A DNA stretch of 64,000 nucleotides. It comes from Deltaproteobacteria bacterium (lineage in GTDB: Bacteria; UBA10199; 2-02-FULL-44-16; JAAZCA01). Made by a program: the position numbers and the translations under genes. The notes under the pieces are model-generated. The model saw only the letters and a program-made list of their open reading frames with translations, was not told where the DNA came from and made no database searches. The stretch is taken from positions 11,083 through 75,082 of the forward strand of contig JABGOS010000088.1 of the NCBI GenBank assembly GCA_018645265.1. The letters run 5' to 3'. Shown here piece by piece: positions 19,579 to 28,913 of this stretch (position 1 is the first letter of the stretch; each line of letters starts with the position of its first letter).

Positions 19579-22500
19579 TCAAGCAGGGGTATTCCTTTTC
19601 TTCCTTGAAATTACCCTTGTAGTCATGAGCATCAGCAACGAACCTAGGAGGTAGATTATGCTGGTCGAGCTTCCTGCTGCCTGTCCAGCGATCAGTGAAC
19701 AACCTTCGCGGCTCCACGTCTTCGCGTAGTTCGCGGGGTTACCACCTACCTCGTATCCATCAGGCTGACCGTCGCCATCGGAATCGGCATTTGTCGGATC
19801 AGATTCCAACCAGTTTCCTTTACCATCCTGATCGCGCTTACCGTTACAGTTTAGATCCTCACCAAGTCCGCTTGAAGATGTGAAACCATCTGTCAATCCG
19901 TCTTGATCTGTATCCATCTCGAGTGCGTTCGTTTCGGAACCCATATCGAAGACACCATTCTGGTTCTTATCTTCGCCGAGACTTACTGTTCCATCGGACA
20001 GAGTCATCGGTCCATCAGGAATACAGTCACCATCGGTATCGATATTCGTTGCGTCCGTGCCGTATTTGAGCTCGAACCCATCGTTCAATCCATCATGATC
20101 CGTATCTGCTTCGAAAGGATCCGTCTCACTCAAGTTAGGCTCGTACGTACAGTTATGATTGATATCCTCATCACCATCCCAGACACCATCACCATCAGTA
20201 TCCGGATTCTGAGGATCTGTTCCTAGATCCTGCTCACAGAGATCCGTTAGTCCATCGCTGTCGGAGTCTTTGCCACCAGGGGCACCTTCTCCACCAACAC
20301 AGTTAGGATTGTCATTGAGTCTACAACCAGCTTCTTCTTCAGAATCTTTATTATTGTCAGCATCGGAATCGCGCATACATGGGTTGGAACCATTCCACTC
20401 AACCATGCTTCCGTTATATTCCTCAGCATCCTTCAGACCATCGTTATCGGAGTCCTTCGAACGTGGGTTCGATACCATCGGTATACCACCGATATTGTCC
20501 CAGATCTCTCCATCGATGATCTTCGTCAGGAAGGCCTGTCCTACTACCAAGTCACCAGTTACTTCGACGCCATCCTCAAGGCCATCACCATCCGTATCCT
20601 TGTTCGTAGGATCGGTATCCTGCATCATAGCATCTATACATCCCTCGGATCCCATCTGGTTCAGGTTCACGAGGTTGAAGCCAGGCTGGCCATCACGGTT
20701 CTCTTCACCATCTGGCAGGCCATCACCGTCTGTATCAGCATTACGCGGGTTCGTGTAGATCGGCATTCCATCGCCATTGACCTTCACATGAGTGTTGGTC
20801 TCAGCGAAATCATCTGCACCATCATCATCTGAATCAGCCTTCAGAGGATTCGTTTCAATCAGTGCCAATGCATCCATCGTAATGGCACCCTGAGAGTTGT
20901 CGTTACCATCGAAGCCCATGCCATCAAGATTCTTATCCTCTTGAGCATCGTACAATTCATCCTGATCGCGATCGATGAAGAATGCGAGCACCCTTCTGAT
21001 AGGATCATCAGCGTAGACACTCTTGAAAGGATCACAGCTGTAGTCGACATAAGGATTCTTGTCAGGGCTGTATTCATCGCTCGTGCTACCTGTTGCTGCA
21101 CTTTCAGGACATACATCGATGTTATCAGCAACTGTATCACCATCGGAATCAGCATCCCAGTACTTCAGCATCTGAGACTGAGGTGTCGTACCAGCAGCAT
21201 TCGTTGAATCACACTCTAATGTTGGCTGCTCTACACAATCCGGAATACCGTCACCATCGACATCACCCTGGCAGATACCCATGAGCTGCTCTCTTGTGAG
21301 ACCGTCGATCTCGAATAGATCTGGAACACCGTTCGTATCGTCATCTTTGAGCGCCACCGGCGAACCATCAAGTTCATCCCAGTATACGTACTCGGCATCG
21401 ATACCCCAGAGGATATCCTTAGGATGACATTTATTCTCCTTTTCACATTCCTTTACCTGATCTGCTATGGTAGTAGCAGTTGGTGTTGCATGGAGAGGAC
21501 ACATGTCAACGCCTCTTGGCGTCTTAGTGGTCGAATCGCAAGTAAAGGAAGCTGTCGGTACTGGGATTATGGTAAGATCAACATCTGCATTGATTGTACA
21601 TGTCTTCACACATCCGCCATCCTTGCCAGTTCCACTATTACCACCACCATCACACCAGTGATCACCATCTGAATCCGACTTCCATGGATTCATCTCGTTA
21701 TTATCTATATCAAGGTCACCGTCGAAGTTCGCACGATCACCCAAGCTTCTATTGCGACACATCAGCATCTGTAGGCGTCTCTCCGTCAACTCATCAACAA
21801 CCTCTGCGCCTGAACTGATGTCACCCCAATTACCCTGCTTCGGATCTTCATAGTACGTATCACAGTATGGATCATCCTTAGCACAGGTTACAATGTACCA
21901 CATATATCTGACACCGGTCTTACTCTCATTGCCTGAGCCCAAAGTACACTCGATTGGCTTCTGAGTAGTCTTGCTCTTAATAGGACTGCGAGTATCATAA
22001 GACCCGCCAAACTTGTAGAGCACGCCCTTCGTAACCGAGGTACCTACGCCGGTGAAGAAATGCTGGTTGCGATCTTCCTGGCCATCCCACACTCCATCAT
22101 TATCACTATCTTTATCTAGAACGTTCGGCTGGCCATCACCATCACTATGTTCAGTCATCGTCTCTTTGCCTACGCCATCTGGAATACCATCACCATCTGT
22201 ATCAGGCTCGTAGAAGTTAGTTTCCTTACCTTCATCCCACACGCAATCGCGATCGAGATCCTCATCATCATCCGGCAGACCATCGCTATCGGTATCAAAT
22301 CCCTTAGCTAGACCACCGCCCGTACCCCTGCTCGCTGCATCTGGAATTTTTCTTACGTCACGACAATGCGCGTAACCTGTCATTACATTGGAACCACCAC
22401 TACCCTTGCCACTGAGCGAACCAAATGGAGAGGAAATGTTTACATCCGGACACTGAATGTCAGGATCGTTTTCTGTAGAAGTGATATGAATGATCTTGCT

Positions 22501-23730
22501 CGCCTGACCAACGCCACCGCCGTTCATTTCAGGAACCAATATTATTCTTGAGAAATCGACCGGGACATTAATGCGGAAAGTTCCTGTGGTATTGTCCATA
22601 CCATAATCAACCGCCTTACCTACAAATGCGATCAACTCACCATCTTCCTTAGCAGTTCCACTCTGTGATTTTCCACCAATGGAGTAGACCTGAAGAGCAC
22701 TCAAACCACCGGCAGCTTCATCGGGACAGCTGTCATCGCTCAAACCTTCAACATTAGCAATGTAGCCCTCTATGATTATCGATGATGGAGTTTCATCACC
22801 TGGTTCATAGATAGCACTCTTATCAATAATTCTTACCTGGTACGGCTGCTTCGATGAAATCCAATCTTCAGAACTCTTAAGCTGTGTAATCGAAAGTCTT
22901 GCACCTGTAGAGAGATACATAAAACCATCATCATCCACTGAACTGATTGTGCCTGCGTTAGGAAGGATAAGGTTATTTGCTGACTCTCCAGGGTTATCAA
23001 AGACGATACCACTGTTTTTCGTATTTCTTAAGCTACAGTCAGAGTAAATGACGTTACCAGCAGCTGTCGGACTCATATAGAATCCATCATCTCCACCGTT
23101 AACCTCAACGTGACTGGCAGAGCTATCGTTTCCATAGAAACAAACACCCTTCATCCCATCCGGGATATTCTGAATTTCGAGGTTTTGAATCTCGACCCAG
23201 TCAACGTCCTCTTCTATTATAACCACGCAATCAAATCCCGATGGAATCTCAGCAGCATCGAGGACGGTTCTCTTTCTCTCCGTCACCTCATTGATACAAG
23301 CGCCTGCATCATCCGTCTCATAGCAGACCGTCTCCTCATCCCATGTATCACACGTACCATCGCCGTTGGAATCGTTGAGACATCCGCCGCTTATAACGAC
23401 GTGATGATCGTTCGATCCATCAGCCCTTATAACGAGAGGACCTTTCATGGCGATCCGCTCCTCCGCAATGGCAATCATCTCGCCACATGCGTAGTGCTGG
23501 CTGGTCGGCCCAAGGTTTGCGGAGTGCATTGCGACAGGCAACGTCAGCTTATTCTTATTGCCCGACTTTGCATCCCACTGACTGCTGGTGACCGTACAGC
23601 TCTTCACACTCATGTGATTATACTTGAAGCCTGCGTCGGCTCTAGATGAAATCACAATGGTGAGCGCGAAGACGACTATCGCCAGCGTTATCATGTTTCG
23701 TGATTTTACGTTATGCATGGTTTCCTCCAA
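19579..23730 (-). CDS. Giant (1383 aa) secreted calcium-binding protein with ~25 thrombospondin type-3-like Asp repeats and a C-terminal Cys-containing sorting-like tag
   Basis: Signal peptide. Reiterated DTDGDGxPD, DSDNDGxxD and DTDHDGLND units. The C-terminus reads GCSLIAGQAAGSS, then a hydrophobic helix IIYLLGSLLMLM, then RVISRKKR. Confidence 0.7.
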   Translation of the reverse strand: MEETMHNVKSRNMITLAIVVFALTIVISSRADAGFKYNHMSVKSCTVTSSQWDAKSGNKNKLTLPVAMHSANLGPTSQHYACGEMIAIAEERIAMKGPLVIRADGSNDHHVVISGGCLNDSNGDGTCDTWDEETVCYETDDAGACINEVTERKRTVLDAAEIPSGFDCVVIIEEDVDWVEIQNLEIQNIPDGMKGVCFYGNDSSASHVEVNGGDDGFYMSPTAAGNVIYSDCSLRNTKNSGIVFDNPGESANNLILPNAGTISSVDDDGFMYLSTGARLSITQLKSSEDWISSKQPYQVRIIDKSAIYEPGDETPSSIIIEGYIANVEGLSDDSCPDEAAGGLSALQVYSIGGKSQSGTAKEDGELIAFVGKAVDYGMDNTTGTFRINVPVDFSRIILVPEMNGGGVGQASKIIHITSTENDPDIQCPDVNISSPFGSLSGKGSGGSNVMTGYAHCRDVRKIPDAASRGTGGGLAKGFDTDSDGLPDDDEDLDRDCVWDEGKETNFYEPDTDGDGIPDGVGKETMTEHSDGDGQPNVLDKDSDNDGVWDGQEDRNQHFFTGVGTSVTKGVLYKFGGSYDTRSPIKSKTTQKPIECTLGSGNESKTGVRYMWYIVTCAKDDPYCDTYYEDPKQGNWGDISSGAEVVDELTERRLQMLMCRNRSLGDRANFDGDLDIDNNEMNPWKSDSDGDHWCDGGGNSGTGKDGGCVKTCTINADVDLTIIPVPTASFTCDSTTKTPRGVDMCPLHATPTATTIADQVKECEKENKCHPKDILWGIDAEYVYWDELDGSPVALKDDDTNGVPDLFEIDGLTREQLMGICQGDVDGDGIPDCVEQPTLECDSTNAAGTTPQSQMLKYWDADSDGDTVADNIDVCPESAATGSTSDEYSPDKNPYVDYSCDPFKSVYADDPIRRVLAFFIDRDQDELYDAQEDKNLDGMGFDGNDNSQGAITMDALALIETNPLKADSDDDGADDFAETNTHVKVNGDGMPIYTNPRNADTDGDGLPDGEENRDGQPGFNLVNLNQMGSEGCIDAMMQDTDPTNKDTDGDGLEDGVEVTGDLVVGQAFLTKIIDGEIWDNIGGIPMVSNPRSKDSDNDGLKDAEEYNGSMVEWNGSNPCMRDSDADNNKDSEEEAGCRLNDNPNCVGGEGAPGGKDSDSDGLTDLCEQDLGTDPQNPDTDGDGVWDGDEDINHNCTYEPNLSETDPFEADTDHDGLNDGFELKYGTDATNIDTDGDCIPDGPMTLSDGTVSLGEDKNQNGVFDMGSETNALEMDTDQDGLTDGFTSSSGLGEDLNCNGKRDQDGKGNWLESDPTNADSDGDGQPDGYEVGGNPANYAKTWSREGCSLIAGQAAGSSTSIIYLLGSLLMLMTTRVISRKKRNTPA

Positions 23731-23777
23731 ACTCTATTTAGATACCTCTTAAAATACATCCCCCAGTGTAAATAATC

Positions 23778-24911
23778 TTAGAATACAAACTGCAGAGTGG
23801 CTCCGCCACCGATGCCACCGCTGATCTGTCCCTGATGTCCATTGACATCTGAGTCTGTCGCTTCAAGAACGCTTCTCTCTGAAAAACCTGCGATCGGTAC
23901 ATCGAAGAATACATTACCCATGAGCCTTATGGCCGAGAGAATATCCTCCACACCACCGGTGTTGATCTGGATGCCGGCTGCGAGCATGAATCCGAGAATA
24001 CCGCGTCCCTGCTGTATCGGACCTGTCGCCGTACTGGCGAGATTTGCATATTCACCACCGAGATGGAACTGAGCACCAACTACGAGTGAAACAGAATCAT
24101 GGACCGGGATTACAGGTTCGAGACCTACAAATGCGGTTCCTCTGAAGCCAGCCTTCGGTTCGCTATCTACTGCACCGTTCGATGACATGATGCGGCTGGA
24201 GATAGGAATTCCTAGCAATGCACCGTATGAGAGGAAGAGACCTGAATGCTGCTGTGGCTTTCCCCACATCATAAGGCGACGTCTTCCCTCAAGGCTGATT
24301 TGAACCATGTGGCTAACTGCTCCACCGTCTCCACCCAAATCGCCCATATAGGACATATCACTGAAATCTCCATCGGTACCCTGGACCCATCCGCTACCGC
24401 TGTATCCATAACCAAGGCCCAAAACAAACTGATGCTCATCTACCTTGTCGGCATCTTTCGGTGTCGCTTTGCATGATTTGGAAGCAGCATCAAAAGTTTC
24501 ATCGCTATCACAAGGCTTACATACGCCCGCATCCACTTTCTTGCCTTCAAGAGCACACTCATCAGCAGTCTTCGGCTTCGGTGCGGCCATATCTTTTTCG
24601 ACATCGGCACGCTTCGGCAATGATGGAGCACTTGCCATACCATAAAAGCCAGACATTCCCTTGAACATCGGCAATGGAAGCTTGCCTGTGTGCATCTGGA
24701 AATAATCCTCACACTTAGCTGCGATAGGGGTGCCCTTCGTATGCCCTATGGTGCCGAGAAATTCGGACCAATCCTTCCCTGTGGCATCACCAGCATCAAA
24801 CATCTGTTGATCTGTATCTACCATTGAGCATCTAAATGTGATGCCATCCTTGAAATCCTGACACGCTTTGGTTGTACAACTCTTTAGTGTTCCGTCGCCT
24901 GCTGAAAACAT
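23778..24911 (-). CDS. Cys-rich protein with OMP-like beta-barrel C-terminal half (ends ...GGATLQFVF); no detectable signal peptide
   Basis: Strong RBS (AAGGAGG 7 nt before the ATG). The C-terminal 200 aa have alternating hydrophobic strands and a terminal Phe. Sits immediately upstream of the giant gene on the same strand with a 47-nt gap. Confidence 0.45.
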   Translation of the reverse strand: MFSAGDGTLKSCTTKACQDFKDGITFRCSMVDTDQQMFDAGDATGKDWSEFLGTIGHTKGTPIAAKCEDYFQMHTGKLPLPMFKGMSGFYGMASAPSLPKRADVEKDMAAPKPKTADECALEGKKVDAGVCKPCDSDETFDAASKSCKATPKDADKVDEHQFVLGLGYGYSGSGWVQGTDGDFSDMSYMGDLGGDGGAVSHMVQISLEGRRRLMMWGKPQQHSGLFLSYGALLGIPISSRIMSSNGAVDSEPKAGFRGTAFVGLEPVIPVHDSVSLVVGAQFHLGGEYANLASTATGPIQQGRGILGFMLAAGIQINTGGVEDILSAIRLMGNVFFDVPIAGFSERSVLEATDSDVNGHQGQISGGIGGGATLQFVF

Positions 24912-25266
24912 AATTACCTCCTTGAAATCTTTTTCCCCCGAAAAAGAATGAAGTGACTATTGTCCATTATCCTCCATCTTCATTATCGAACTTAGACGTA
25001 AAAAGTTGCTGGTTTTTTTATCGGTTTTTTTTGGAACTTCAGAAGCGCCCAAATAGGATAAAAAGGACGCTATATCATTAATCATTACATATACTTACAA
25101 AATATGCATTATTTCGGAGCTTTGCATATTTTTTTTGAAAATATCTATTTTTTTCTCCATGAAGAAATTTTTTATTAATTTTACCGAACACATTTTTTGA
25201 TATATTTAGCATTATATAAACGCTCTATACCCAGCCCATCTTCGTCATTTCTCCCAATTTGTTGCT

Positions 25267-25289
25267 AAAAAAGTGTCCGACACTTTTTT
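25267..25289. repeat. REP-like palindromic element copy 1 (AAAAAAGTGTCCGACACTTTTTT)
   Basis: Exact core GTGTCCGACAC flanked by an A-run and a T-run. Lies upstream of the RAYT gene. Confidence 0.75.
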
Positions 25290-25426
25290 GCTGCACATTG
25301 ACCACTTTTCATACACCTACAAGATTCATATCATTGATATATATGGGTTTTTTATGGAATAAATATTGCTCTCTCACATCTCAAATATCAATCGTAACAC
25401 CTATCCAGGAGGTTATTTTGACCAGA

Positions 25427-26029
25427 ATGCCACTTATCCATATCCCGGGGGGTCTCTACTCTGTGGTCAGCAAATGCAATAACAATGAATTTTTGTTCGA
25501 CTCTAAGGATAAATTCGAGCTGTATCTCAGGCATTTAATGGAGTGTAAGAAAGTGCAAGGCTTCAAGATCTACGATATCGTATGCATGTCGAACCATGTT
25601 CATGAACTGTATGAAGTGCCTGAAAAAGTAACTATCGCTAAAATTCTGCAGCGAGTTAAGGGTAGTTTTGCCATAAAATTCAACGTTATTTACAAGAGAA
25701 GCGGTCATTTCTGGAAGAACAAACCATTTTATAGGGTGGTTGAAGATGAGGAGCACGCCATCGCATGCATCAACTATTTCCACGAAAACCCCACAAGGGC
25801 AGGTATGGTGCTGCATCCATCCCTATGGCCCTTCTCCGGATATAACTTCCATGTACATGGTGATCGAACAGGCCTGATAGGAAAGCTACTTGACCCACTA
25901 CCCGGCTACAGCGAATTCTCGCCATTTGATGAGATGAAGATAGATGTTGAAAAGGTCCTAGGCTCTAAAAAACATAAATTTTTAGGCAGCTCTATCTTTC
26001 AGGAATCTATGAAAACAAAGTACAAATGA
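25427..26029 (+). CDS. IS200/IS605-family HUH/Y1 transposase, REP-associated tyrosine transposase (RAYT)-like
   Basis: HuH motif (MSNHVHEL) and a Tyr motif followed by NP.RAG (YFHENPTRAGMV). AGGAGG at 25407-12. The track ORF 25259.. extends 5' across the REP copy and an AT-rich tract, which is unlikely to be coding. TTG at 25418 is an alternative start. Confidence 0.65.
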   Translation: MPLIHIPGGLYSVVSKCNNNEFLFDSKDKFELYLRHLMECKKVQGFKIYDIVCMSNHVHELYEVPEKVTIAKILQRVKGSFAIKFNVIYKRSGHFWKNKPFYRVVEDEEHAIACINYFHENPTRAGMVLHPSLWPFSGYNFHVHGDRTGLIGKLLDPLPGYSEFSPFDEMKIDVEKVLGSKKHKFLGSSIFQESMKTKYK

Positions 26030-26039
26030 TAGATGACAT

Positions 26040-26061
26040 AAAAAAGTGTCGGACACCTTTT
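26040..26061. repeat. REP-like element copy 2, inverted orientation (core GTGTCGGACAC)
   Basis: Reverse-complement orientation of the core. Immediately 3' of the RAYT gene. Confidence 0.75.
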
Positions 26062-26074
26062 GTACAATTCTCGT

Positions 26075-26094
26075 AAAAAGTGTCCGACACCTTA
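26075..26094. repeat. REP-like element copy 3 (core GTGTCCGACACC); forms an inverted doublet (REPIN-like) with copy 2
   Basis: 18 nt from copy 2 and in opposite orientation. Confidence 0.75.
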
Positions 26095-26098
26095 TTCA

Positions 26099-27277
26099 TT
26101 ATAATAGTTCGATCACCATTGCTGTTGCTTCGCCGCCACCATTACACAGCGTTGCCAAACCCAACTTCTCGCCACGATTCTTCATAGCATGAACGAGTGT
26201 CACTAATATTCTTGCACCAGAGGCGCCGATCGGATGACCGACAGCCACTGCACCACCGTTCACATTCACCTTATCAGGATTCAGTTCCAGTTCCTTGATA
26301 GCTGCGAGCGTCACGGCCGAGAACGCCTCATTAATTTCAAAGAGATTAATATCCCCTGCCTTAAGCCCAGCCTTTTCCAAAGCACGTTTCGATGCACCTA
26401 TAGGCGCCGTCGTAAACCACTCAGGCTCTTGTGAAAAACCAGCATGCGAACGTACGTACGCAAGAGGAGTTAACCCTTCCTTCTTTGCTCTACTCTCAGA
26501 CATAACGACGAGCGCCGCAGCACCATCAGAAATTGAACTGGCGTTTGCGGCAGTAATCGTACCATCCTTCTTGAAGGGAGCCTTCAACGTTGGTATTTTA
26601 TCAAACTTCACGCGTCCCGGCTCCTCATCCTTATCGAAGATGATCGGCGCACCCTTCCTCTGTGGTATTTCAACTGTTGTGATTTCATTTTTAAATGCAC
26701 CATTCTCATTTGCAGCCTGCGCGCGCTTATACGTAGCAATCGCATATTCATCCTGAATCTCTCGCATAAATCCATATTTCTCAGCACAAAGTTCCGCACA
26801 TGCACCCATATGCTGATTTGAGTAAATGTCCCAGAGACCATCAAAGACCATTCCATCAACGACCTTTCCATCACCCATCCTGTAACCATTTCTAGCTTTT
26901 GGAAGATAATAGGGTGCATTCGACATCGACTCCATACCACCCGCGATCACAATTTCCACGTCACCGGCACGAATCATCTGGTCCGCAAGCATGACACTCT
27001 GCAAACCGGAGGAACACACTTTGTTGACAGTAAGCACGCCAACTTCTTTTGGTAGGCCGGCACCAAGTGATGCTTGTCGCGCAGGTGACTGACCAAGCCC
27101 TGCCGGAAGAACGCATCCCATAATCACCTGATCAACCTTCGAACCATCGAGACCCGTCTTCTTGAGTGCATCCTTGATGACGATAGAACCAAGCTCAGTA
27201 GATTTCATTCCGGACAAAGCTCCCTGAAAGCTACCGAGAGGAGTTCTTGTTGCTGACACTATGACTGTGCGTTCCAT
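26099..27277 (-). CDS. Acetyl-CoA C-acetyltransferase (thiolase II)
   Basis: Cys-acyl site VNKVCSSGLQ. C-terminal NGGGEATAMVIE thiolase signatures. Confidence 0.85.
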   Translation of the reverse strand: MERTVIVSATRTPLGSFQGALSGMKSTELGSIVIKDALKKTGLDGSKVDQVIMGCVLPAGLGQSPARQASLGAGLPKEVGVLTVNKVCSSGLQSVMLADQMIRAGDVEIVIAGGMESMSNAPYYLPKARNGYRMGDGKVVDGMVFDGLWDIYSNQHMGACAELCAEKYGFMREIQDEYAIATYKRAQAANENGAFKNEITTVEIPQRKGAPIIFDKDEEPGRVKFDKIPTLKAPFKKDGTITAANASSISDGAAALVVMSESRAKKEGLTPLAYVRSHAGFSQEPEWFTTAPIGASKRALEKAGLKAGDINLFEINEAFSAVTLAAIKELELNPDKVNVNGGAVAVGHPIGASGARILVTLVHAMKNRGEKLGLATLCNGGGEATAMVIELL

Positions 27278-27329
27278 TTTATACCCTCCGCTGTGATTTA
27301 CTATTTAGTGCTTCTTAAAAATAATTTCA

Positions 27330-28280
27330 TCAATCCTTGGGGTCGTACGGATGCTCCTTCGCAAGTTTTTCAAATGCCTTCTTAGCCTCACCCTTGAGCC
27401 CCTTCGGTGGAACGATCTTTACGATGACATACTGATCACCCTTCTTACCTTTCTTACCAAGTATGGGAGCTCCCTTTCCACCTATTCTAAATTTCTGTCC
27501 GCCGGAGGTACCGGCAGGTATTTTCATCTTTGCAGAACCACGAACGGTAGGGACCTCAACCGATGCACCCAGCACAGCATCATAAATAGTAATAGGAATC
27601 TCAGTATAAATATCTGCCGCCTCGCGCCAAAATGACTGATGAGGAGTTACGTGCACGCGAAGATAGAGATCACCATCCTTGCCACCACCAAAACCGGGCT
27701 GTCCCTTTCCAGCAATTCTCACCTTGGATCCGTTGTCGACACCTGCGGGAATTTTAACGGTAAGTTTCTCTACATTCTCACCACGCCTGATAGATATCTT
27801 TCTCTGCGTTCCTTCGACACCATCATTGAAATCGATTTCAATGTCGGCAAAGGTATCCTGTCCCTTAACCTGTGGCTGATATGAAGACCTCCTGGCCTCC
27901 CCTTGGGAATAGCCCTTACGCCTTACCCCACCCATATTGAAAAGCTCGCTAAAGAGATCTCCGAGATCGCCCATCTCCCCATAATCGCCCCCCGCAGGAT
28001 CGAAACCCTTGCCAGAGTTCTGCCATCTAAAACCACTGAAGTCCGGACCCGCTCCACCACCTCCGTATGCAGAATTGCCGAACATATCGTACTTCTTTTT
28101 CTGTTCTGGATTGGAAAGGACGTTGTAAGCCTCTGAAATTTCCTTGAAGCGCTCTTCAGCGGCTTTCTCACCTTTGTTGACATCGGGATGATATTGCTTG
28201 GCAAGCCTGCGATAGGCTTTTTTGATCTCGTCCGGTGAGGCCCCTCTGGGCACTCCTAAAGTCTGATAGAAGTCCTTCAT
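27330..28280 (-). CDS. cbpA: J-domain co-chaperone, CbpA-like (DnaJ without zinc-finger domain)
   Basis: J domain with HPD (YHPDVNKG). Gly-rich linker and two C-terminal beta-sandwich domains, with no CxxCxGxG repeats. Confidence 0.75.
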   Translation of the reverse strand: MKDFYQTLGVPRGASPDEIKKAYRRLAKQYHPDVNKGEKAAEERFKEISEAYNVLSNPEQKKKYDMFGNSAYGGGGAGPDFSGFRWQNSGKGFDPAGGDYGEMGDLGDLFSELFNMGGVRRKGYSQGEARRSSYQPQVKGQDTFADIEIDFNDGVEGTQRKISIRRGENVEKLTVKIPAGVDNGSKVRIAGKGQPGFGGGKDGDLYLRVHVTPHQSFWREAADIYTEIPITIYDAVLGASVEVPTVRGSAKMKIPAGTSGGQKFRIGGKGAPILGKKGKKGDQYVIVKIVPPKGLKGEAKKAFEKLAKEHPYDPKD

Positions 28281-28359
28281 AGCGCGGGGATACTCTGATT
28301 TGAGAGGGGCTATGTCAATGGAAATTATAAGAAATTAGTCACTGCACCGATCAAAATAG

Positions 28360-28869
28360 CTATAGAGCTCTTGATAAGGTCGAAGATCCTTCAGAGAAGT
28401 TTGAAAGAAGATATTCTTTATTATAGACGAGAAGCGAACGATCGAAGACAGCATTCTCATACTGTCCACTGTCCAATCTAATTGCATCACATGGACATGC
28501 CTCCGCGCACAATCCGCATAGCATGCAACGTGACATATCTATTTGAAAGCTCTTCGCACGTTTTTCGATATTAGGATCACCGACCTCCTCCGCTTTAATT
28601 GCTATGCAATCAGAAGGACAGACGGTGACACAAAGCATGCAGGCGGTACAACGAATCGAACCATCCTCCCTAGTCATCAAACGCGGTTCGGTCCTACATC
28701 CCGGAGGTAATAGCTTTTTATTTTCTGGATACTCCACCGTGATTCGATCACGCATCTTGAAAAGATTTCTGAGAAAATGATATCCGGTAACAGATAGACC
28801 GCGCACAATTTCAGGAATATATATTCTCTGCCAAAAGCTCATATCCCTTTTGTCGATCATGTAAGCCAT
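28360..28869 (-). CDS. nuoI: NuoI-like 2x[4Fe-4S] ferredoxin (NADH-quinone oxidoreductase subunit I homologue), orphan
   Basis: Two CxxCxxCxxxCP clusters (RCTACMLCVTVCPSDCI and RCMLCGLCAEACPCDAI). LVYNKEYLL aligns with E. coli NuoI LVYEKEDLL. No other nuo genes are nearby. Confidence 0.7.
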   Translation of the reverse strand: MAYMIDKRDMSFWQRIYIPEIVRGLSVTGYHFLRNLFKMRDRITVEYPENKKLLPPGCRTEPRLMTREDGSIRCTACMLCVTVCPSDCIAIKAEEVGDPNIEKRAKSFQIDMSRCMLCGLCAEACPCDAIRLDSGQYENAVFDRSLLVYNKEYLLSNFSEGSSTLSRAL

Positions 28870-28913
28870 GGCATGAAAATACCATCGTGCTACTACATCG
28901 TCAATTGATGGAT

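Noticed and set aside
20270-20758. 162-aa Ser/Pro-rich antisense ORF inside the giant TSP3 gene, with several similar antisense ORFs between 19695 and 21818
   Set aside because: These are low-complexity reverse-frame artefacts of the GAT/GAC-rich Asp-repeat coding sequence.
25259-25426. 5' extension of the transposase ORF (MLLKKCPTLFCC...)
   Set aside because: The extension is translated through a REP palindrome and an AT-rich tract. A proper RBS (AGGAGG) and the start of HUH-domain homology are at about 25418-25427.
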